A stretch of DNA of 64,000 nt from positions 22,196,001-22,260,000 of the forward strand of contig OX597816.1 in the NCBI GenBank assembly GCA_951406725.2. The letters run 5' to 3'. Each line of letters opens with the position of its first letter. Positions within the stretch are counted from its first letter, which is position 1. Below the pieces are notes generated by a model. That model was given only the letters and a program-made list of their open reading frames with translations. It was not told the DNA's origin and made no database searches. Made by a program: the position numbers and the translations under genes. Source of the DNA: Octopus vulgaris (taxonomy: Eukaryota). Positions 53,108-64,000 of the stretch are shown here, piece after piece.

Positions 53108-53736
53108 TCAGATTTTTAAAAATATTTTTTGTAACTAAACACGTTCAAACTTCGGACACTGGTAGAATGTGTCATATAAAATATATTTTTCTCTTAGCAT
53201 TTTTGAGGAAAACTTATATTTACGAAGTTATTTCACGTCAAAATTCTCGTATTTCGGTAACTTCAACCAATCAATGACGTGTATTCAGCTGAATAAAATT
53301 ACTGCTGTTGTTTGATAACAAGAACTACCGATGGTGTATATTTCGTTTGAGACTGATATTTATGACAACCCTAATCTTAAAACCTCGACCCTAAACCCCT
53401 AACTCTAAAACCTTAACCCTAACCTTAAAAGCAGTACAGACGCACGAACGATGTCATAAATATCAGTGACAAACGAAATATACACCGCCGATAGTTGTTG
53501 CTGACAAACAACGGCAGTAATTTTATTCAGCTGAATACACGTCATTCATTGGTTGAAACTACCGAAATACGAGAACGTTAACGTGATATAACTTCGTAAA
53601 TATAAGTTTTTCTCAAAAAATGCTAAGAGTAAAAGATATTTTATATGACACATTCTATCAGTGTCCGAAGTATGAAAGTGTTTAGTTACAAAAAAAAAAT
53701 ATTTTTTTAAATCTGTAGGTCAAAAGGTAAAGACCC
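53108..53736. mobile_element. Fold-back MITE with ~260-bp arms and a telomere-like (CCCTAA) spacer
   Basis: 53108-53367 mirrors 53452-53714. The spacer contains degenerate AACCCT repeats (53367-53428). Confidence 0.85.
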
Positions 53737-54129
53737 ATAATAATAATCGACCAACCTAATGGACATTATGTGTTCTGAAATGATGTAAAGCAAATTTGAC
53801 GTCAGTAAAATTACAACTCAAGGCGCGGAAATCCGAACGAAGTATTGTAACTAATGTTCTAACGACCCTTCCAAATGCTAGCGTATCTTAATTATATTAC
53901 TGGTACAATCATGATATGTGTAGCATAAAACATTGCTGTCTAGACCAAGATGTTGATTCAAGAGATACACGAACTGAAGTCTTTCCAGCAAGGATCATCA
54001 AGTGCATATTTTCATTCGATAGGTTTCATTCTTTTCGTAAACACAGCTCTGCTTGAGAACTGAATGATCTCTTTTTTTATGGATTCATGATGCATTTTCT
54101 CGGCATTTGTTTTATTGTAATTTTAATAT

Positions 54130-54131
54130 TA

Positions 54132-54173
<42 letters not shown>

Positions 54174-54620
54174 CGTCATTATTATCATCATCATCGTCGT
54201 CTTCGTGATCATCCTCATCGCTACCATCATCATCGCCATTATTATAGTTGTCGTTCATGCCGTTACTGCCACTTCTACTACGAGTTGTAGTTTTTTTTGT
54301 TTATATTTTGTTCATTTTTTGTTTGTTGGGATTCTTCTGATGTGGAATTCATTATGATTGAGTGATTCAGCGTTGAATATAGTCTTAAATATTTTCTATT
54401 TTTAAATGTCTATTTTCTGTGTTTTTGCAAGGGAACGGAAGAGTAAAAAAAAACAATAAATAATAACAATTATTATCATTATTATTATTATCATCATTAT
54501 TATTATTATTATTATTATCATCATTACTATTATTATCATCATTATTATTATTATTATTATCATCATTATTATTATCATCATCATTATTATTATTATTATT
54601 ATCATTATTATTATTATATT
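54130..54620. repeat. (ATT)n/(ATC)n trinucleotide tracts
   Basis: Tracts at 54130-54245 and 54470-54620. Confidence 0.9.
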
Positions 54621-55096
54621 TCTTGATGTCAATAGAAAAGTGTAAAATAAAATAGCCCAGGGAAAATATTAAAAAAGTATAAGAACAAAGCATCGCAGAA
54701 AATGGCTTTTGAGAGGCAACGTCCGGAACACACATGCGCTAATTAATTAGAAATGAATATCTGCAAAGTTGCAAGGGGAATACACGTGGAGGAATACCAA
54801 ACAAGCTTGCGCTTTGAATGCTATTTTTTGTTCCTACTTGAGAGAACAAAGGGATATATCTCTGCTCGTCTTTGATATCAATGACGATGATGATGAGTAG
54901 GGGAAGGAAGAATGGAGAGGAAATGGAGGTGAAGGTTTTATGCTTCTTGGATAATACGATATTCGGTTTTAGAATGGAAACATGCATACTACGAGTTGCA
55001 TGTAAAAATATATATCTATGCACATATGTGCGTTAATAAGGGCGGAGATAGAGTACAATTGCTAGCATGCCCAAATAAAAGCCTAACAGTATTTCT

Positions 55097-55692
55097 TATT
55101 TCTTGCCTACAAGGGGTTTAACATAGAGGGGACAAACAAGGGCAGGCAAAGGGATTAAGTCGATTATATCGACCCCAGTGCGTAACTGGTACTTAATTTA
55201 TCGATCACGAAAGGGTGAAAGGCAATGTCAGACTCGGCGGAATTTGAACTCAGAACGTAAAGATAGACGAAATACCTATTTCTCTACTACCCACAAGGGG
55301 CTAAACATAGAGGAGACAAACAAGGGCAGGCAAAGGGATTAAGTCGATTACATCGACCCCAGTCCGTAACTGGTACTTCTTTAATCGAACCCGAAAAGAT
55401 GAAAGGCAAAGTCGACTTCGGCGGAATTTGAACTCAGAACGTAGCGTCAGACGAAATACCTATTTCTTTACTACCCACAAGGGGCTAAACACAGAGGGGA
55501 CAAACAAGGACTGACAAACGGATTGAGTCGATTATATCGACTCCAGTCCGTAACTGGTACTTATTTAATCGAACCCGAAAGGATGACAAGCAATGTCGAC
55601 CTCGGCGCCATTTGAACTCAGAATGTAACGGCAGACGAAATACGGCTACGCATTTCGCCCTGCGTACTAACGTTTCTTCCATCTCGCTGCCT
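55097..55692 (-). mobile_element. SINE family C trimer nested antisense in an older family C copy
   Basis: Three ~183-bp bodies and one head. TSD CTAACAGTATTTCT at 55083-55096 and 55696-55709. The host copy spans ~55039-55860 (+). Confidence 0.88.
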
Positions 55693-57279
55693 GTCTAACA
55701 GTATTTCTGTCAGCTTTACCGAGTTCTCATTCCTTTGCAATCGACTTTGCCTTTCATCTTTTCGCAGTCGATAAAATAATTACCTGTTGACGACTGGGGC
55801 TCAATATATAATCGACTAAATCCACACCCAAATATTCAGGCTCTTTGCATATAGCAGAAAGTACAAAAAATAATTATGCACCCATACACATGAGTGTAAG
55901 TATAGGCTCACAAACGTAATCAGGTTTATAATGAAAATGCATATGAAGCCTTACGTATTTGAACATCTTCGTGTTTCCATATACCAATGCAAAACGTGAT
56001 ACATATACACTTCGTTCGACAGTTCTGATAACACATCTAACTGAAGCAGTAGCAATGATGTTATTTCATTTGGGATTAACACAGTAGTAAATTAGCATTT
56101 CTCACAAAGCGATACTTCACTCCTTAATGTGTTTGTCCTTGAGTTAATCTCTAACAATACTTGACAGTTACTTATTTTAACTGTGACAGAAGATTAACTC
56201 TAAACTTAAATGCAGAATGTTTTAGAATTGAGAATGCAAAGCATGTTTTTCACTATCCACTTAGCAGCATATTCTAAATAAATGTATTTAGAAGACTCCA
56301 ACAGTTTCTGAACTCTTTGGACAGTTTCTTTAACCTATTAAATGTAAGAGTTTTTCAGCTCCTCTCTGAGCTGTTTGTGTTTTTTATTTAATATAAGGAA
56401 TGAGTGAGTGAACTGCCGTGAGATAACGTTCAAAGAAATTGCGAAATTGTTGCACTTTGTTATGCTTCAATGCTGATAGTTCATGCAATAATTGTATTTT
56501 ATTTTGTGGTGACTACTTAGGACTGTTAAACCTAAAACCTATCAGAGGAAAAGCGTTGCGATCTGAATTCTCCTCCCACAGGTGTTAAATTTGCCTTTTA
56601 TTTTTCCAGCATCGACAAATTAGTAAGAGTGTCCTCCACTAAGGTCAAGTTCACCGCAATTACAAACTTCTCACATTTGTACCATAAATATGAACGCCAT
56701 TAGTTATGCTAAATGTTAAAATATTTCTTTTAGCAATCGTCTGTTTTTATTTCATGGCGCCTGTGTGAAATGCACACTTAGGAATTTAAAACCTAGTTGT
56801 ATGTTGGAAAGATGATGCATAGTACAAATCTGATTCATAACCATTTCGAATTTTGTTTTTTTCTTTGAATCTTTCTAAAATAATTTTGCTTAAAATTTAA
56901 AATCTTGAATTGTTCTTCCATTAGCTAAGAAACACTATCGGAAATCTTAAGCTTTACAACTTTAGCATCACTTTAGCATGGGATGTAGGAATGTTATATT
57001 GACAGGCTTTATGTTCTGAATTCGAAATAAATATTACTATTTTTGAAGTATAAGGTCCCAAAAAAGCTGTAGGTGATAGAAATTTTAGCATCATTCAGAT
57101 TTACAGACAGAGAAAAATCAAAGTACTCATAACTTAGTGCCACATACAGACCCTTTCACACACGCGTATGTAAGTACAGATCATGGGGATTAAAGTCCTC
57201 GACAAATATAGAGATATAGACATACATACGTACATATATACATACGTACATACATGTATAAATACATATACACACATAT

Positions 57280-59440
57280 ATATTCGAAGCGACAAGTCGC
57301 TTATTTGGCGTGCAAGACTGTTTACAGAAAGTACGATGAATACCATCTCTAACTGTGGAGCCACAACTACCAGCCTTGTTAAATAACTGGTTAATATTCA
57401 GGTGAATTAAATGAGGGAGCGTTTTATTCACGATCGTAGTGATTTTCGACTGAAACTTGAATATCTGATACAGAAAGTTACTACAAACAACATGGCAGGA
57501 CACAACATCAAGAACAACACAATCGAGGAACACGAGGAAAACAATAAATCAACAAGTAAACAAATTCTTTCTAGCTGTACTTATAGAAGAAACGGTAACT
57601 ACAAAACTCATTTTTCTTGGAGTTATGACTTGAATAATGATCTATTTAACTACTACGAAAAAGCGAAAGAAAATCTGCTGTTGGTTATATGAATCGATTG
57701 AAATCATATTGGGACGATCACCATCCAGAATTAAACCATTTCACAGCGAAGCAACCACGCCAACACGTAACATTTGTAGAACATAGAAAGAAAATTAGTA
57801 ACTGTAACCTTATTAAAAAATCGAACATCAAACTTCTTCCCAACTCTATAAACACAAATGTGAATGATAAAAGACCACCATAGCTAGTGACATTCCAACA
57901 GATTCCATAGTGGTTGCCAGCTAAACCACATTACTGGCTCAAGTAACTGACCGCTGTCCCCCTACTATGACTATGGTAAATAGCAAGCACAACTGCAACG
58001 ATTATTGTTGTAGTAATAGTGATTGTTAGGGTTATAGGCCGGTGAAATGTGCCCTTAGTGAAATTTTCCGAAAAAAAAAAAAACTTTGGCTTTGAATGTC
58101 ACATCATATCTCTTCAGAAACATCTTTTAACCACCAAGAGTCGAAGTACATCCCTTGACCAAGTTTGCATATATGAAACTGTTAACATCATAAGACTTGG
58201 AAAACAGCACTTTGAGCAACACACTTTGTCTGATAACCTAGAATACATGCTTAAAGTAGTCGCACAACTCTACTGCAACATATCATCAGATGAAAGGGGA
58301 GCCTATGTAAGCAGAAGACTATGCATGGATATGTTAGATAGAAAGCTCCATGATGATAGGAACATCGATCATCAAAGCAGTTTATCATGGACAAATAGCC
58401 GGATTATTACCTCCCACTTTGAAGAGAATACATTTGCAATTCAGGAACAGGAAATATCAACAAATTACCTGATGCGCAAAAGGCATAGTGATGCAGGAAA
58501 AGCCGTAAAATGTGACAATCGATGAAGAGTTTATGGAGTTCACACTGAAGATATCACTCTCATCATAAGTAGTTGTCCGAAAATGTCATCATTGTATGAT
58601 CTACCGATAAGACATGACGTAGCTAGGACACTCTCTAATGAAATCCGTTGGAAGGAAATTCCCGAGCACAAAGAAATAAAAACCCACAATATGGTAGAAG
58701 CCGCAGGCACTCATAATGGAAAAGAATACTGGTGGAATGTACCACTGAAGCCCTCAATATAATGTAAGCACAACAGACCTGATATAATGATTTGGGATAG
58801 AGAAGAGAAAATGTGCGCAGTTGTGGAAATTAGCTGCCCAGCGGCTGTTGACATAAAGCTGAAGATCAGTGAAAAAGAAAATTCCTATGTTGAACTATCG
58901 AGAAATTTGCAGTAATTCTATCCAGATTATAAGTTCAGGTTTATACCTGTAGTCATTTCGGCTCTGGGATATGTAACACACTGCCTAAATACCAATCTTG
59001 AGACATCAGGTTTCTGAAACCCAGAAAGGAAAAAGCTAATTCGAAGGATCCGATCCATCACTAGAAATGTAAAAATCTGTAAAACGTTCCAGAAGTTTAA
59101 CATTTAAATATATATGAGCATGTCTAGATACGTAATAATATGCATGAGAATACATACATAAAATGTACAAATCTGCACGTAGGTACATACGTTCATACAT
59201 ACATACAAAATACCCCGTTGTTGATATTGAAATTCCAATGAAGGAACCTTGTATTTAGGTTAGAAACTGGTCCTTTCTCTATTGGCAAGAAAGCTTCAAA
59301 TAAACTGGATAATGACATATATATGTACATACATACAAACTAAAATACCTTGTTGATGTTGAAATTCCAAATGAACGAACCTTGATCTAGGTTAGAAACA
59401 GGCAAAAAATCTTGAAATAAAACTGAACGATGGCATACAT
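57280..59440 (+). mobile_element. R4/Dong-type RLE non-LTR retrotransposon, RT domain missing
   Basis: N-terminal segment (WSYDLNNDLFNYY..GYMNRLKSYWDDHHPELNHFTAKQ.RQH), then FAIQEQEISTNYL, a degenerate CCHC (CDNR*RV..EDITLIISSCP), RHD and HNRPDIMIWDREEKMCAVVEISCP..K..EK (PD-(D/E)xK). Flanked by (CATA)n. Confidence 0.88.
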
Positions 59441-59935
59441 ACTTGTGTGCGTGGGTGTTTTGTGTGTGTATATATGTGTGCGTGAAATGCATTATAAATT
59501 ATTTTGTAATATATTAAATTATATTTCTTAGCAGTATATCGAATTATTTCACCCTTCCGTTAGCATAAGTAATATTAAAATCAGAGCATCGCGTATTAAT
59601 AGAACATATAAATAGAACATACGCTTTCATTTTTATCGAAAACATGTTTGTGAATGTTAATATTCTAAAATGCTTGTAGCCATTCTCACTTCGCTTTTCA
59701 AACTGATGTTTTATTTGTGTAACAACCAATCTGATTAATTTATTGAAGAATAATAATAAAAAGAATACATCATTATTTCAGAATATATATTACACTGTTA
59801 ACGCATTTATGCATTTATACTTTAAAAACACATGTTGCATTGATAGGAAATTCGTGAGTCAGGTTGATATTTACAGCAATGATTTTCCAGATCTGAACGC
59901 ATTGTAGAACGTGTTCTTATAACGTACATATTGTG

Positions 59936-60325
59936 GATTGGATTGGAAGCACTCCTTCGGTTACGACGACGAGGGTTCCGGTTGATCCGATCAACGGAAC
60001 AGCCTGCTCGTGAAATTAACGTGTAAGTGGCTGAGCACTCCACAGACACGTGCACCCTTAACGCAGTTCTCGGGGATATTCAGCATGACACAGAGAGTGA
60101 CAAGGCCGGCCCTTTGAAATACAGGTACAACAGAAACAGGAAGTAAGAGTGAGAGAAAGTTGTGGTGAAAGAGTACAGCAGGGATCACCACCATCCCTGC
60201 CGGAGCCTCGTGGGGCTTTAAGTGTTTTCGCTCAATAAACACTCACAACGCCCGGTCTGGGAATCGAAACCGCGATCCTACGACCGCGAGTCCGCTGCCC
60301 TAACCACTGGGCCATTGCGCCTCCA
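59936..60325 (-). mobile_element. SINE family B
   Basis: Full length. TSD AACG[T/C]ACATATTGT. Confidence 0.92.
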
Positions 60326-60560
60326 CAACGCACATATTGTAGTGTTTGTTTGAATGGTGTGACAGATTTGGTAATCATATTGACAATGTTGCATAGCTCA
60401 CGAATTTTAAAACCGTGCATGCTGACGTCAGTACTGACATAGATTTTCGTTTTCCTTCCTGTTTGTGTCTGTGAATTCCGGCAAAACTAGTCTACATCGT
60501 GGGGAGCTCTTACGATTATATAAAACCTTGAGTGAGTTTTTACATATCATTTAAACGTGT

Positions 60561-61083
60561 AGAAATATTAAAATTTCTAAGTCTCTCTAAAGGAGACTAC
60601 GACAGCAGTACTGGATATTAATAGTTATCGCTAAGCTAATATGGCAGTCCAGAAATATAGGACGAATGCTGCCGTTGATTAACTCCAAGAAGCCACCGCC
60701 TCTAGCTAACTATGTGACACCCGAACCTGTGTCCATTGTAACCTTCCAACAGGGGAGGTCAGCCGCTTCCATTTATTGGTCAGGCATTTGCAGAGTAGCC
60801 GAATCCAGCAGGGTCGCTACTAACCGCCTGTTCGAAGGGTTATTTACCTAAATTCAGTGGAATACATCCACTGGTTTTCAAAAATAGAAATATTAAATTT
60901 TCTATGTCTCTCTAAAAACCAGCAAGGGGAAGCGGCTGACCTCCCCTGTTCGAAGGTTATAATGGACACAAGTTCGTGTGTCAAATAGCTAGCTAAAGGC
61001 GATGGCCTCTTGAAGCTAATGAGCGGCAGTATTCGTCCTATATTTCTGGACTGCCCTATTAGCTTGGCGATAACTCTCAATAT
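60561..61083. repeat. Inverted-repeat element (~155-bp arms) with a 31-bp direct repeat
   Basis: 60615-60770 mirrors 60928-61083. AGAAATATTAAA.TTTCTA.GTCTCTCTAAA occurs at 60561 and 60887. Confidence 0.8.
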
Positions 61084-61163
61084 ATTTAAATTTGTCTTTT
61101 TCATATACATTCATGAAGAACAGTCTACTTCATATACATGTATGTGTGTGTGTATGTGTGTGT

Positions 61164-61931
61164 ACAAGCATACCTCACCTACGTCGTTAATTACTTCCAG
61201 CAGACATGAGTTCAGTCGAAATACGACTTAACTTGTCTCTACACTAGGCTAGGCCAAATTTACTTATCTCTTCATCTCATGGGCTTCGGATTCGATGTGT
61301 ACTGAAATATTGTCCCTATGTACAATCGTCGATACAGTTGTCTGTCTCGTCCTAAAAGAATGTGCAATTACTACGACTTTTTCACCTTTTTCATGGCATT
61401 TTACCATGGCCAGTTTATCTTTCAGTGTTAGTACTTTTACTATGAATTTTCTTAGGAGACATGTGGGCAAAAAATAAAGTCACAAATGAATGAGAAAGTA
61501 GCCGATAAACAGATGTTAACAAATCTGAATTCAAAGCAATCACGGGAATCACGAATGACAACGACGCCTAATGGTAGATATTGGAACTACAATGCAACAT
61601 TAGCTCCGAAAGACCGATAGATAAGACAACACATCTGATTTCATGATTTTGTTCATTAAGCTACACTACTTTATGGTGTGTATCTTAACATTTACTCTAC
61701 GTATTTTAATATGATTTTATATGGTTTTATTCGTATTTATTGTACAGTAATATGATTTTATGTGCTTTTAACGGTTTTCTAGTGATTTTACGATTCTAAT
61801 ATGTGTGGCGGACAGACTAAGGTCGAGTAAAATGACTTACCTTGATATTTATTTTTCCATATATTATTTTTGAAAACCGAGGTATATTCGGGAATGGTTT
61901 AAATCGAAACGACGTAAGCCGAAGTATTCTG
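61164..61931 (-). mobile_element. Tigger/pogo-like DNA transposon relic
   Basis: 61264-61470 encodes LTLKDKLAMVKCHEKGEKVVVIAHSFRTRQTTVSTIV (CENP-B-type HTH). Degenerate TIRs (..TACGTCGTT / AACGACGTAAGCCGAAGTATTCTG) with flanking TA. Confidence 0.72.
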
Positions 61932-62551
61932 TATATATACAATAGTAAATCCCAGAAACAGCTGTAAAGACTTTCCCGAATACTTACTGTAAGGTTCGAA
62001 ATGAAATTTCCGAAATTTTACTAACCTATCCAGGATGAACCACTACGAAGGACTACTCGGATCTTCTCAGGTGTATTTGGATCATCCCATCTCTGTCACA
62101 GATGATAATCCGTGACATTAGTGGTAAAGATTTCAGGCTACGTTCTTTTCTATGAAGTATTGCTATAAACGCTTTCTTTCCTACTTTTCCAGTTTTTCTG
62201 CATAATATATATGTTTTCATACTTGCTTCGGCATAAATACGTTATAAAAGTTTTTATGGCATTTACAAACACCTGCCTATCTTTTATTACATTACTATAT
62301 CTTATACCTTATAAAAATATTATCTGTTGATCCATCACCTTCCAACATATAAGGATTGACTTTACACGCTCTCAAGACTAAGACACGCACAGAAAAAAAA
62401 AAAACTTTCAGGACTTTCACTGAAGGCGCTTTCTCAACGTCTTACGAAGTGAGTCTAAAATCGGAAATATTAATACATGCTTGCGGAATGACATTTTTAA
62501 TCACACATTCTTTTTTTATTTTACATAGTTTTATATTACACTTTTACTTAT

Positions 62552-62870
62552 TCTTTGTAAGCCTAGTACTTATTCTATCGGTCTTTCTTGCCGAGCCGCT
62601 AGGTTACGGGGTCGTAAACACAACAGCATCGGTTGTCAAGCGATGTTGGAGGACAAACAGAGACAAACAAACATATAGACACACATGTATATGCATAATA
62701 CATGTATACGACCGGCTTATTTCAGTTTCCGTCTACCAAATCCACTCACAAGGCTTTGGTCGGCCAGAGGCTATAGTAGAAGACACTTGCCGAAAGAGCC
62801 ACACAGTGGGACTGAATCCGCAACCATGTGGTTAGTAAGCAAGCTACTTACCACACATCCACTCCTGCGC
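62552..62870 (-). mobile_element. SINE family A
   Basis: Reverse complement of 4765-5176; tail truncated. Confidence 0.85.
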
Positions 62871-63602
62871 TTATTACGATATTAATGATTATTATTTAGA
62901 TATATTAACTACATATTGCCTATATATACGTTTTCAAACATAAAATGCCGGTAAATATTCGCTAAATTTTGTTTTGAATAAAGGCCAACAATCTTTATGT
63001 TTTCTTATTTTGGCAACAGATCAGCTAATATGGCGTGGGAGAAAGTGGCTGACAACGATCTCAATGTTCAAATGGTTCTGAAAAAAATAAAAAACAAAAA
63101 CACCGACTTCCGAACTTAATCTCAGGACGTTAGTATTCAGCAAGCGCACCACCGTAAACGTCAAGTTCATATATATTACCAAAATCTATTTGCTTCCATA
63201 GTACACCAGGGAAAAATAACAGAAAACTAAAAGGACATTTAGGTGGAGTTTCTTCTGATACCGTTTACATTACTAGATGATGAATGCTAAATCGTAGAGC
63301 AATCGTTGCATTTCTCCTTGAAACAAATAATAGTACAGAATAAAGTGCGGTGCAATACGTGTCATCATTAGCTTCCGCCGAAAACATTTGTTGTCTGGAC
63401 AAACGCATTACGGTGATAGACAAGTATAAATATCGAAATTAAATTATGAATATTTAGCGAAAATGTCGTGCCATGTCCAGTACGTTATTTCGTTTTGGTC
63501 TACACAGTATAAATTACTATTGGATATAGTTTAGGTCTACAAATACACACATATGGAGATGATATGATGGATTAAATGAATATATTGTGTTGTGATAATA
63601 AT

Positions 63603-63746
63603 CGCAGGAGTGGCTGTGTAGTAAGTAGCTTTCTTACCAACCACATTGTTCCGGGTTCAGTCCCACTGCAGAGCATCCTGGGTGAGTGTCTTCAACTATA
63701 GTCCCGGGTCGACCAAAACCTTGTGAATGGATTTGGTAGATGGAAT
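63603..63746 (+). mobile_element. SINE family A 5' half
   Basis: CGCAGGAGTGGCTGTGTAGTAAG..GGATTTGGTAGATGGAA. Confidence 0.85.
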
Positions 63747-64000
63747 CTATATATATAGGTGAGATGAAAATGGAGGACAAATAACGAACAGAAGTGTGTC
63801 TTTTGCGCTATTAAGTCATTATTTAGTAACTAAAGGTGGGAGTGAAGTTGTTTACGGTCGTTTCTGTTTACCATGGTGAGGAAAATATATATTATATTTT
63901 TGCCTCCTTACTAATGGTAGTCATCGTCAGAACGAAGAGGTCAGAGGTAGAGAGAAGACTGAAAGATCAGTGGTTACTCCAGGAAAGAGAATATCAAAGC

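Noticed and set aside
1-64000. Host protein-coding exons
   Set aside because: No non-TE ORF has recognisable domains or a consistent splice pattern. Small exons cannot be excluded without RNA-seq.

Overview
AT-rich eukaryotic (animal) DNA made almost entirely of transposon relics and simple repeats. I found no intact host gene or credible exon chain, and most ORF-track entries are translated microsatellites. The SINE families look to me like those of Octopus (inference from recognition, not a search). Contents: three abundant tRNA-derived SINE families (several with clear TSDs); decayed CR1-group, RTE and R4/Dong-type LINEs; a deleted mariner; a Tigger/pogo relic; non-autonomous Helitrons; fold-back MITEs; and many Penelope-like elements (PLEs). 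The most coherent signal is the PLE set. Five insertions from four families share one architecture: a sense arm ending in a ~30-46 nt unpaired tail, an inverted arm lacking that tail, and (in four of the five) a minimal type-I hammerhead ribozyme (HHR) motif with a palindromic stem III. Two copies of one non-coding family are near-perfect DNA palindromes (330 bp and 160 bp) that fold at short self-complementary sites, one apparently HHR stem II, suggesting snap-back second-strand synthesis. One PLE terminal repeat has a tRNA-like Pol III promoter directly upstream of its HHR. Coordinates were read by eye and may be off by a few bases, more for decayed elements.
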